Source: Neophaeotheca triangularis
Taxonomy: Eukaryota
Length of the DNA: 64,000 nt
NCBI GenBank assembly: GCA_054600435.1
Contig: BAAIJX010000035.1
Coordinates: forward strand, 1 to 64,000
Direction of reading: 5' to 3'
Part shown: positions 1 to 10,760 of the stretch, in pieces
How the letters are laid out: each line of letters opens with the position of its first letter
Position numbering within the stretch: the first letter of the stretch is position 1
Notes under the pieces: model-generated
The model's database searches: none
Seen by the model: the letters and a program-made list of their open reading frames with translations, nothing else
Told to the model about the DNA's origin: nothing
Position numbers and translations under genes: made by a program

Positions 1-82
1 TTACCTTTAATTTGTGGGTTTTTTATTCAATTTTTTTTAAACACTCCCCAAAAACCCCACCAATTTCAAAAAAAAAAAAAAC

Positions 83-118
<36 letters not shown>

Positions 119-120
119 TT
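1..120. repeat. Low-complexity end: poly-T, poly-A and a ~33-nt poly-C run; probably low-quality contig-end sequence
   Basis: Homopolymer runs (A at ~68-81, C at ~86-118) with no coding signal. Confidence 0.7.
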
Positions 121-203
121 CTTCAGCAGCAAGTCAACTTAAAAAGCAAACTGTCCACCCCCCTTGACACCGCCACACTCCACCAGTCACGTACGACTCA
201 ACC

Positions 204-2947
204 CTACTTCGTCTTCTTCTTGTTAGCCGTAGACTCCGTCAGATTCTTCCTCTTCGCCGCCGGGACGGATGGTAAAGGAGCAGCCGCAGTAGCCTCCGTC
301 GTCTTTTTAGACGGAGCACGCTTCCTACCAGTCTGAGACCGCACCTCAACGTCCTCAAATTCTGCATTGCTCTCGATGGCATCTTAAGCTTCCGTGAGGG
401 TCATACTATGAACCCCTCGAAGGTGTTCAGTCTAGAGTCCGCGAGTGTTGTGGGTTTTGTCGCAGCCAGCTACAAAGCAGCTCTGCTGTACCCACTTCCT
501 CTTGGATATAGCGGGAATGTAGGGACCTATCTCGTTATTAGCAAGACCGTGTGAATACATCAGATGGTATTTCAGTGAGGAGTGGTTAGCGAAAAACGTC
601 CCGTGTTGGCAGCTAGGGAACATACAGGGAGTAGGGAAGCGTGACGAATAGACGGTAGAGACGTGATAACTCAAGGAGTCTGCCGTGTAGTAGATTTTGT
701 GTTAGTCACAACCGCCTTTGTCACAAGTCTTAGGGGTAAAGCTATGTTTACTTCTGATGTGGCCCTATAGATCGTGCGCTAGTCGAGATGTATCGGGTCC
801 TGGTGAAAAGGTGCATCCACTGTAAGGACAGGCGAAAGTAGTAGACCCTCCTGAGCTTAGTCTGCTAGCTCCTACTAGAAGCTGCTTGACCTTCTCTTCC
901 GTACAGTGCTCGGCGTGCGTACGAAGCACGTCTCGGTCTAAGGTGACAAAAGGGCACCCAGGAGTTGCGAGGCATGCATGCTACGTAGCCGTTAGAGAAT
1001 TGCGCGAACCGCCCTGGGTACAAGTTCGTTCGAGCAACTCGTCAGGTATAACTGCGTTGGGGTTTTTCGCGCAATGCTTGCCGAGATAGTAATAGCAGAT
1101 GACATTGTACTGCGCCCAGCTCGTCACGAAGGACTCGGGGCTAGCGGGACTACTGTTAGAATCATCTAGTAAGATCGCAGCTTCCTCGAGGTCAGAATCG
1201 GTCAGCATGGTGGCTGGCGTGTCAAAAGATTCGTCGTCATTTGGCTGATCCGAGTTTGGCATGTTGAAAGGGTGATCTTGTAAGAAGATCTGTGACTCGA
1301 GTTCGGAAGAAGCTTCATCAGGAACTTGCTAAGCTGCTGATTCGAGCTCCTCATGGTTCATGGTGGTTGGGTCCTGGACATTAGTAGAAGACATAGCTGT
1401 AGTCTTCTGTGACGGTGTGTTCGGGGTGTTGGGATCCTTTGCGGAAAGCGGACGACGAGGTCCGGCTAGGACAGCTACAGGTACTAGCGAAGGCTAGGCG
1501 AGAAGCTTGCTAGTGATACCCCGAGCTTCGGGTCCTGTCTGACCGGACGCAGTAGACGTAAACTGGACTTCTCTCCCTCGCGGCTCTTTTGCTAAAGTCG
1601 TCGCTCTGGCGTTGTAGAGCTCAAAGCTAGAGCCTCCTGCGTAGCGTTCTGTCGCACCAGACATGCGGCTAGCTTGCTTGTGCGAAATGCTTTGCCTGAC
1701 ATTGTCCGTAGCGAGGCCAGTCCCATCGGACAAGCGAGCAGGGAGGTGGGCTACATCGCGAGTAGCGCCGAGACGTAGGGCGTGACCGTACGCCCTATTA
1801 AGCATACCAGCAGCTAGCGCCATCTCCTTGATAGTCAGGAGGAGCTGCCCTGTTCCTGTCGGCTTATCCAGGTCACAACGGAGGGGGTAGGTTTTGAATG
1901 CTACAAGAACCGATTTCTCAGGGTAAGACCACACAATCTTGCGGTCAGATCGCTGAGTAGTCTGACTGAGTAGCTAGTCGAGGGTCGTCGCCTGGACGAG
2001 GGAATGACGGAGTGCGTGAATCAATAGCCAGGCGATAGGACACATGTGACTATGTTCGCCGCCGAGTAGCCGAAAGAAGCGGTACGTTTCTTCGTTAAGG
2101 TCATGTTTGCTACCCTTTTCGTAATGTATAGCGATGCGGGCGTAGAGGTTTTCGTATACCGGCTCAGCGTCATGGTCGAATGAAATCTCAATGTGACCCC
2201 ACTATAGGTATTCTTGACCCGTATACTTACGGGAGCGCGCAATGTCGCCAGTTCTCGCCTGTAACGCAGAGACCAGTACTATTAACAGGCATTTGGCAAC
2301 TGTCACATCAGGACTCAACATACCCTTCGCTATACCACGGTCGAGGTATGTCCTAACGAGGCGTGACAGTACTGCGAAACCGATCCAAGTCCTCTTTCTC
2401 CATGTCCCACGAGTAAGTCGCCCAGCTCTTGTCACTTGGTCTACCCAGACTCGAAGACGCCCCGAATCGTGTTCGGTCATCTTAAAGCCCTTCGCTAGAC
2501 CCCACTTGAAGATGCCGTATGCGATGAGGACTCGAATACCTTTGACAAGAGTCCCTACATTGGGGCCTGGCTTTCCGTCGGCTACGTCCATCTTGGCTGC
2601 TCTTAGTTAGCAGCTACGTCACGATTGACTGCACATGTCAAAAACTTACGCAACATTGACTCGAAGAACCTAATCATGTCGTTTCCCGTAAATGCCGTCT
2701 CAGGATCCTGCTTGAGAGTGTGGATCCGGTAGGCCTCAAATCTGTTTTTCCAAAGGCTCTGCTGGTAACGCGTGCTAGGAGCGCCCCACGCAAACTGCAA
2801 CTGGACGACAACCTTCTTCGATGAGATCCGGTCTCCCTCGGCTTGAGCAATGATACGGGCGATAGACTTTTCGGCCGTGTGCTAGTTCTCAATTGGTTCG
2901 GGTGGGTCTGAGAAGACGAGGTCGTCGCTGTCGTAGGGGTCCGCCAT
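204..2947 (-). pseudogene. RIP-inactivated tyrosine recombinase with five C-terminal C2H2/C2HC zinc fingers (~896 codons, one intron at 2597-2649)
   Basis: Track ORFs 2202-2591, 1494-1934, 981-1262 and 432-674 share one frame and join through ~10 in-frame TAG/TAA stops. YR catalytic motifs appear in order: R (ALQARTGDI, ~2254), HxxR (GHALRLGA, 1773-1784), H (SISH), Y (TERY, 1641-1643). A CPIxxLL motif is present. Fingers: CLATPGC..HAEHC, CPYSGC..HIRSKH, CDKGGC..YHVSTV, CMFPSC..HLMYSH, CFVAGC..HLRGVH. Confidence 0.8.
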
Positions 2948-3096
2948 TGTTGGTATTTCGTCCTGCGCGACGGGGTAGACAAAGGTCGTCTTCGTCTTCT
3001 TCGTCTCAGGCCTTGACGTTGACGACGCCGGTGGTGCATATTCCGAAGTCCTGTAGTCGGCTGCCTACTAGATACAAGGGGGAAGTAGCGAAAAGC

Positions 3097-3224
3097 CCAC
3101 CTTCCCCTCGACTGTCGTACGAGACGGAAGCGGCGATACCACCTTCCCCCTCGACTGTCATACTAGACGGAAGCGGCGATACCACCTTCCCCCTCGACTG
3201 TCATACTAGACGGAAGCGGCGATA
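3097..3224. repeat. Three tandem copies of a 42-43 bp unit (CCACCTTCCCCCTCGACTGTCATACTAGACGGAAGCGGCGATA)
   Basis: Copies at 3097-3138, 3139-3181 and 3182-3224, ~150 bp upstream of the YR start codon. Confidence 0.9.
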
Positions 3225-3874
3225 CATAGTATCAAATGTTGAAGCTACGTCCAGCTCGCTCACATAGTCCAGCGCCTACGAGCAGCCTAATAATACTCCT
3301 TTCCAGGTTGACGTCCGGCTAGTAGCCCATGCACCACCTGAAAAGTTCAATTGCCCGAGTCCTAACGGACGGGGGGCTCTCAAACACAGGATTGTTTTGA
3401 GTAGTCGGCATTTGCTTGCCAGTCGGGGCGGACGCGCTCGACGCGCAAGGTGTGGACAGCAACACAGCGACGGGAGTACCCGTAGCATCGCAATCTCAAG
3501 TCGAGACTCTCCAATTTCTGTCGCTGTTTTGATGTCATGCGGATGGCGTAAAGGGATGCGCTGGGCTCGCTACATTTTCAGCAGGCAAGTCATAAAATAT
3601 TTGACTGATGCGACTACCGGATTTATTGGTGCATAGCTCGTAGTGGTAGCGATAGCGGTAGTGGATAAGTGGGAAGGTAGGTAGGTGGTAGGCAGTAGGT
3701 ACCTACCTACGTATGTAGACGTAGACATACATGGATGTTTTGGGGATTGAGTGTTCTGGGACGACAACGACGATAAGCAGGGTCATACACGTGGCAGTCC
3801 TTATCAGCGTGGATAGTACGCGAGGGCCAGATCGGCAAAGCTACTCTAATAAATTAAGGTTGTGCGGACTTACC

Positions 3875-3982
3875 CCACCTAAGCCAAAAGCGGCGCTAGC
3901 GCGCCCTTTTGGCTTAGATGGAGTGCGTCCTATCCCGTGAATGTTCTCAGAACAGATACTACACTTGATCTAAGCCAAAAGG
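3875..3982. repeat. CTAAGCCAAAAG motif in three copies (forward, reverse, forward) forming inverted repeats
   Basis: CTAAGCCAAAAG at 3879-3890, CCTTTTGGCTTAGAT at 3905-3919, ATCTAAGCCAAAAGG at 3968-3982. Confidence 0.85.
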
Positions 3983-4643
3983 CAAAGAGAGCTAGAGAGA
4001 AGAAGAAGAAAGGAAGACGGAGGGAACTGGAAGAGCAGCTCAGTTTTGTGTCTGCGCAGTGGGCCTGTGCGCGACGGGAGTGACTCAGCAGCCGCGTCGG
4101 TGCGTGCCTCAGGCCACCCGTTGCCCAAACGCTGACCCTTGACGACTGCTGGAATTACCCAAAGAACCCACAAGGTCGGTGTTGTAGTCTTCGAGCAGAG
4201 GTAGTCACTACCTGTAGCAGCGAGGCACACATGTATAGAGCTTGAGCGAACTCTCCGGCGTGAAACCCAGCTGTCGTACCGGTGGTAGCTAGGCAGTCAT
4301 ATATTCGGGAATCAAGCGTGCCGTGACAGTCTCGTAGGGTCGTGGAAACTCTACCAAAGACAGTGCTTTGCAGGTCAAGCGCGTACTGGTGACGATGCCG
4401 ACGGCAATGGCAGTGTTTGCTTCTTGCGACCCACCAGTGCTCACTACTAATAGCTCGCCGGGTTTGACCCCTGAAGACCACTCTAATATAGACGACACCT
4501 CCAGAACATTACGAAGAGATCGTCGTGCTGCCTGTAGAACCCAGACAAACACACGCACCTGGCCAATTCGGCATGAGTCGACACCTTGATCCGGGCCGAG
4601 CATACATCCTCACGGGTCGCATGTGTTCAAGAGCGGCCAGTCT

Positions 4644-5723
4644 TTACTCACTGTCGTCGTCCTGTTGTACAAACGGCGCTTCGGCCGATCGCAGATGACC
4701 TTGATCATCACACTCCAAACCACAAGCACTCAGCACCGCCCACCTAATCTCATCTACCCCCAACTTCTCCTTCCTCCCTCGAACCTCCAGACTCTTCTCC
4801 GCGCTGCAGCACAGAATATCGCCCAAACCACCCCTGCCCCCCTGAGCCTCCGCCTCCCCGTCCAAAGTCTGCTTGACACCACTGCAGACCTCCCGTAAGC
4901 TCAACAAGCCATTCGACAGTTTCCGAGGACTCGGTTCCTTGGGTCCAGAATACAGCAGTTTGTCAGCCTTGCTCAACAGAACCGTATGCGCAATACCGCG
5001 CTGGCGAAGATGCGTCAAGAGCGATACATCGGAGCGTTTCAGACCATGCTCGGCGTCGACGAGAACAAACGTGCGCCGCAGCTGTTTGCGGTTCTCAAGG
5101 TACTTGAGGATTTCCGTCCCCCACTCTTCCCGACTGCCCCCTCCGTACCCCGGCATGTCTACCACGATGCATCCTCCTCTACCCATTCTTTTCCACGCGG
5201 CCACCTTCTCCCCGGACATGGGCGCCGCTCCCCAGTGCCCTTTACCCATCAGCCCGTAGCCGTTCATGGTTCGCGTTTTGCCGGGTTGCTTCGATACATG
5301 CGCCATTTTCTCGTTGCTAAGGCCGAAGAGCGCATTGAGTAATGATGATTTGCCAACGTTGGAGCGGCCGAGAAAGGCTACCTCTGGGTGGGGTGAGGCT
5401 ATGGGGCTGTCTCGAAAGGTCGCAGCGCTGAAGAGGATGCGAGGTTTCGAGGACTTGAAGAAGCGGGAACTGTACCTGAGTTGGGTATTGCTGGGCACGG
5501 AGGAAGTGTTGTATAGATTCAGGGTTGCGGGCATAAGGGTAAGGAGGGCTGGAGATGCCGCTTTGAACGTCGAGTTGATGCTGTCACTGGCATTTGGCAT
5601 GTGAGGGTCGTGTTGAAGCTCTCTTTGGAAGCCATCTGTGGTGAGAGTGCGGTAGTGCTGTAAAAGCGGTCTTCGAGTGTACAGTGCGAGACGTAGGACA
5701 GGAGGCAAGGCTAGGAGATCCAT
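4644..5723 (-). CDS. MRX8: EngB/YihA-family GTPase (Mrx8/GTPBP8-like, probably mitochondrial)
   Basis: PEVAFLGRSNVGKSSLLN (G1), PGKTR (G2), DMPGYG (G3), SKAD (G4); N-terminal extension resembles a targeting peptide. Confidence 0.85.
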   Translation of the reverse strand: MDLLALPPVLRLALYTRRPLLQHYRTLTTDGFQRELQHDPHMPNASDSINSTFKAASPALLTLMPATLNLYNTSSVPSNTQLRYSSRFFKSSKPRILFSAATFRDSPIASPHPEVAFLGRSNVGKSSLLNALFGLSNEKMAHVSKQPGKTRTMNGYGLMGKGHWGAAPMSGEKVAAWKRMGRGGCIVVDMPGYGGGSREEWGTEILKYLENRKQLRRTFVLVDAEHGLKRSDVSLLTHLRQRGIAHTVLLSKADKLLYSGPKEPSPRKLSNGLLSLREVCSGVKQTLDGEAEAQGGRGGLGDILCCSAEKSLEVRGRKEKLGVDEIRWAVLSACGLECDDQGHLRSAEAPFVQQDDDSE

Positions 5724-5994
5724 AGCTCTTTGATAGTTGTCGTGCTGTCTCTGCCGTAGCACGAAACGCTTGTGTGAATATCAGAGGATTCTTATGTTAG
5801 GTAGGATGCAGCCAGACTTGTAAAGACAAGTCCACCGACTAGTGTACAGGCCAGCGCGCCAATCGGAAGTTGGAAACACACATCCGAGATGCATCATCAA
5901 TCCAGCAACATCGTGGTCCCTTTCGCATCTATCATCTCCAACAAATTACGCTTTCCTCAAGAATCATAAAGAAATAAGCCGAGAAATAAGCACC

Positions 5995-6375
5995 ATGTCC
6001 GTAACGCCCCAAGTTCAGACGCAAATGCGCTCCCTCTACCGCCAATTCCTACGCGAACTCCCAAACCGACAACCGTCAATGCTGGCCAACCCATCGCCAA
6101 TCCAACAAAGCATCCGCGCAGACTTGACCACTTCCGCCTCCTCTTCCGCCCAAGGTTCAAAATCGGTACAACATCAAGTGGAGAAGCCCGTGCAATCACG
6201 ACTGCAGGAGGCGGAACAATTTGTTCAATACGTCAAGGCGCAGAGATTGTACGCCACGCTGCTCGAGCGGTACAATCCCGGTATGAACATGAACGAGGAG
6301 GAGAGGGTTCGGTTGACGGCGAGGAGGGTGGGTATGGATCTGCCTGAAGAGTGGGAGAACGGGAAGAAGCAATGA
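5995..6375 (+). CDS. FMC1: ATP synthase assembly factor Fmc1 (LYR family)
   Basis: RSLYRQFLREL and YATLLERYNPGMNMNEEERVRLTARRVGMDLP. Confidence 0.9.
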   Translation: MSVTPQVQTQMRSLYRQFLRELPNRQPSMLANPSPIQQSIRADLTTSASSSAQGSKSVQHQVEKPVQSRLQEAEQFVQYVKAQRLYATLLERYNPGMNMNEEERVRLTARRVGMDLPEEWENGKKQ

Positions 6376-8945
6376 GCAGCAGTAAACCATGTCGAAGCCT
6401 TGCGACGATACGCCGGGGTGAATGCTGTGCCGCCGGCTCCGTGGCGTTTTGGTGGAGATACAAGGCGTCTGAAGATGGCACTGCATGTTATGAGAAAGGA
6501 GAACCTAAATGGATTCAGGATGGGAGGTGTATGACTGTCGCATGGGAGGGGAGGCTACGGGGGAGAAACGTTCAACCCTGTACTTGGTTCAACCATTCTG
6601 GAAGCTGGGGGGAATGTCCGATTCGAAATTGAGGGAGCTGATCAAGGAAGGAAGGAAGGAAGGAAGGAAGAAACCACGGTTTCGCAGAACATGAAAGGTG
6701 GAAAGTCCTTGTGCCATGGCCATTGGTAAAAACAAGCGTCGGACTTGCCACGCAGATAACTCAGCTAGTCGCCATTGAAGTGCCTACAAAGCATTAGAAC
6801 TGAGATGGGAGTATCGGCGGCTGTTTGGCCCAGGCCCGTAGCCGCTGGCGGCTAGCAATACTGCTACTACGCGCTGTACTTTCAATAGATGGCAAAGCTT
6901 CTGGCGGCGCAATCATGAAACGCAAGTGCAAGGCAGAGGTGCAGCGAAACAGCATCTCCCGAGCCGGTACTGTCATCGTCGGGAGCTGTAAGGCTGTGAC
7001 CTGATGTGATGTTTGAGTGGGTGTTATTTGCACGGGGCCAGATGGTCTTCACCAGGAAGCGGGTAAGCCCGTGCTCATAGCCACAGCAGCCACCTACGCA
7101 GCCACAGTGTCCAGCACCTGTATTAGGTATCATCGACAACCTGGAAGCTACCTTGGATACCGTACCGTATCTAACCTACCATGGCGCCGAATGCAAACGA
7201 GAAGCGTGTGGCAAGTGGTGGACCACGCGAGTTCTTCTCATGTCCAGCATCCATCAACAACCTAAACCAAGGCGTGGCCTCGACCAGGTACAAGCAGCTC
7301 GGTAGGTCAAGGGATGCGTTCTGCTGACGATGCTGATGTTGTCTCACTTCCCCTTTGGTGCAGCGATGCATCCGCGCCAACTGACGTACAAAAGTCATTT
7401 GCCACACTGAGCGGGCGACACAAGTCAGGGCAGCATGTATGTATGTATATACTGTATGTATGGAAGGATTATTGAGAGAAACGCAGACTTTTGCAGGCAA
7501 GCAAGCCCCTTGACAGGGGGTCAATCTTCATTCTTTGAATGGATGCCAGGAAGCAGGAAACGCCAGTAGTGCCAGCGCACCTTGCAGCGGCGCATTCTCC
7601 GACGAGCAGATGGGGTGATGGTCGTCGTCGTCGGGCATGCAGGTGGGTGGGCCGGCTGGCTGGCTGGCACGGGATTGCAGAGGGATGGCTTGGGGCATTC
7701 GAAACAGCTGCAGCTGATGAGTGACCGTGTCTATGATAATAATGATACAATACATAATACCGCTGTGAATCTTAGCTAGACGGAGAAGGCAAAGATAGTA
7801 GTACTAGTACTGCTGAAACGGCGATATGCGCGCAATAACATGTGTTTCACCTATCGCAGGCCGTTAGGCAAAAAGCGTCCCATCCACCAGTCAGCTCGGT
7901 CGTTGGCGATGGCTGGCGCCAACTGGAGGGCAAAGGCAGCTCGAAGATTGACTGGCAGCCAACCAAGCCAGCCCCACCACCGACTTCAGCTACATACAGT
8001 ACATTTTATTATTATTGTACATGCCTCTTCAGCGGTACTACTAGTCGACTAGGCCACTGCGCGACACTGCCTTGCCTCCTCTCCACCTCCCCGGCAAAGG
8101 CCAAAGGGGAGGCATGGGTATGGGTATGGGTATGGGTATGCGAGTAGTATTAAGTATTAAGAATGACTGCACTGCCTCCTGACACTACTCTACCAACCTC
8201 ATCCAGCATTAACTCGATTGAATCGATACAACCACCACCACCACCAACTGACTACCCATAATATCCCCCCATCACTCTCGTTGCATACCCTACCGCTAGC
8301 CAGGAATCACGCATCACGCATCACGCCGCATTCTGCATCAACCCTCGTCAGGACCAGGTCCGACGCCCTTGTACCGCGCCAACACCAATCTTTGTCCACG
8401 AGTGCATCCATCTGCACTGTGTCCAACTACGCCCGCTGATTCGCATCCATACCACCCCACCACCCTGTCGCACTTGTCCGCTGGTCGGAGAGTCTTCCAA
8501 AAGCTCCTTGTTTCCCACCTGTCTCATCGACAGGAGAAAAACGAAAAACGAAAAACCGTCTCCACTTGCCAGCGACTTATCGTCTCTTCTCGACGCCCCG
8601 ACGAAGAATATATCGACGAAATTTACGACATCGCTACATCTAGATTCCATCTACTAATCTTGGATATTTCCGGTACTGCCAGGTAGCGGACCGACTATTG
8701 TTCTAATTGCTATTGTCATACTGTCCCATCGCCTCATTTTTCAAGCGACACCTTGCTGCCTATTGTTGGACTGCTGCTATTGTCGACCGAGGAGATTCAA
8801 TCAATCCCCTATTGTTGGCTTGATCAATACGAAGGCCAGCTACTTACACGCCGCCATCTCGAAAGACCTTAGATACTCTTCTCATCACCGCAAAGCAACA
8901 GCTTGGCCAACAACCACCGGACCCATTTTAATACCGACTCTGACC

Positions 8946-10064
8946 ATGGCCTATACCGTCCCATCAACTTCCGCCCAGAACGCTGCGGCACTCGATCACT
9001 TCATCTACCTGCCCGTCTCCTACGACATGATCTCCTACCTTGCACAAATGGCAGGCCAAGTCATTCGTTGCGAAGACCAGTCCACCTTCAACAAGAATCT
9101 TCCCCCAACTCCGCCAGCCACACCACCACACTACTCTTCCGGGTCCTACTTCGAGCCAGCTTTGCCGTCCTTGGAACTCTTCATCAGCACATTGGTCGAA
9201 AAGTCACATGTGCAGGTGCCGACCCTCATGACTTCCCTGGTCTACCTCAGCAGGCTGCAGGAGCGGCTACCACCCATTGCCAAGGGCATGAGGTGTACCA
9301 CGCACCGCATCTTCCTAGCCTCGCTCATCCTAGCAGCCAAGAACCTCAACGACTCCTCCCCAAAGAACAAACACTGGGCTCGCTACACCTCCGTTACCGG
9401 GTTCGAAAACTTTGGCTTCAGCTTAACAGAAGTCAACCTGATGGAGAAGCAGCTTCTCGGCTTGCTGAACTGGGACCTGAGAGTGACCGAAAACGATCTC
9501 TACTTCCACCTCGAACCATTCCTGGCGCCTATTCGAGCTTGGCAAGCTAGGCGCGCTGAACACCAGAGGCAACAGCAAGTACTCGAGGAGCAACACCAGC
9601 AGAGGCTGCGGTACGAGCTGGAAAGGTCTCACGTGTCTCAGTATGGCTCGCAGCCCAAGCAAACATATGCTACAACGAAACCAGGTAGCTCCAGAGGAGT
9701 GTCGTCGTCGCGATCATCATCCAGGACCCCTTCGCTCTCACCGCCTACCCGCAGTCAATCATCAGCTTCCTACTCCTCGATGGACTCTGCATCTTCGTCA
9801 CCATCCAGCATTGCTTCTTCGTACAACGACGCCGTGTGCGAAGATTTGCCCGTCCAGATCCAGCAGTACGATAGCCACACGGTGCCTTCGGTCGTTCATA
9901 TCCGCCCGCAGAAGCAACCCCAAGTCCAGACGCTGCCACTCAACCAGCCCGAGCAGCAGCAGCCGACCAAAAGGTCAAAGACCGGCGGCAACATCTTCAG
10001 TCGCTTTCTGCCTACCATGAGTCGACCTTCAATGGCAAACTTGAACATGGTCACTGGTTACTAG
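8946..10064 (+). CDS. PCL1: Pho85 cyclin, Pcl1/Pcl2 subfamily
   Basis: Cyclin box: [69 protein letters not shown]. Confidence 0.9.
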   Translation: MAYTVPSTSAQNAAALDHFIYLPVSYDMISYLAQMAGQVIRCEDQSTFNKNLPPTPPATPPHYSSGSYFEPALPSLELFISTLVEKSHVQVPTLMTSLVYLSRLQERLPPIAKGMRCTTHRIFLASLILAAKNLNDSSPKNKHWARYTSVTGFENFGFSLTEVNLMEKQLLGLLNWDLRVTENDLYFHLEPFLAPIRAWQARRAEHQRQQQVLEEQHQQRLRYELERSHVSQYGSQPKQTYATTKPGSSRGVSSSRSSSRTPSLSPPTRSQSSASYSSMDSASSSPSSIASSYNDAVCEDLPVQIQQYDSHTVPSVVHIRPQKQPQVQTLPLNQPEQQQPTKRSKTGGNIFSRFLPTMSRPSMANLNMVTGY

Positions 10065-10760
10065 GAAGTTTGGACCATTTGGGATGGTGTTGGATGAAGG
10101 CGGTGGTGGATTGGTGCCACGACAGCACTTGGTCTCCGGAAGGCATATGGGTATCACGGAAAGCCTTTTCTCGAGCGATTTGGCGATGAGCTTAGCTGGA
10201 CTCAGCTTGTCCAAGGCATTCTTGGGTTGTCTTGAGCATTATACCATTGCATTGCGACGGCGCTTGGGCTGGTAGATATTAGCCGTTTCGAGCTAGCTTT
10301 TGAAACAAGCTGGCACTTGCATCAAATTCCTTCTCCCTTGTCAAGTCCATCCTACCAAGCCCTTAAGGTACTCTGAGATCATCGGAATCCTCCTATTGCT
10401 GGCGGCTTTTGGATGAAGAAGCTCACCCAAACGCGGCTGAGCTGAGTGAGGATCCCGGCTGGCGAATCTCGCTCGCCCGTTCACTTCGACTTCACCTGAT
10501 TACTTCTCAGAGAACATCACTCTCCACCTTGCCATTGACCCTTGCAACTTTCCTTGACCATTCATAGCATACAAAAGTCGTCCTGCTCGTCGTCGCAATT
10601 GCAAAAGTGTCATTTGGTGACGTCAATGACTTCTCGTTTCATGCTCTTCGGAGCTTTTCTTCGTTTGTGATGAATACCATCACGTTGTGTTACCATACCA
10701 TCGACCCGTCGTTTGTCTTGCATCTGCAATATTCTCCTACGACATCCCATTCGCAACACC

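Larger units (their letters stand above)
120..3990 (-). mobile_element. Degenerate tyrosine-recombinase mobile element (Crypton- or Starship-captain-like); boundaries approximate and may extend to ~4600
   Basis: YR pseudogene with RIP-type nonsense mutations, CTA/TAG-rich flanks, an upstream tandem array and an inverted-repeat cluster, next to intact housekeeping genes. Confidence 0.6.

Noticed and set aside
1..120. Poly-A/poly-C as a retroelement tail or telomere
   Set aside because: No TTAGGG repeats; the A-run is on the wrong strand for the YR gene; it looks like low-quality end-of-contig sequence.
4644..4647. TTAC as a Starship-type target site
   Set aside because: It is simply the MRX8 stop codon context; a 4-mer is uninformative without the other end.
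6400..8900. Short ORFs and microsatellites between FMC1 and PCL1
   Set aside because: No recognisable domains or codon bias; consistent with the promoter and leader of the cyclin gene.
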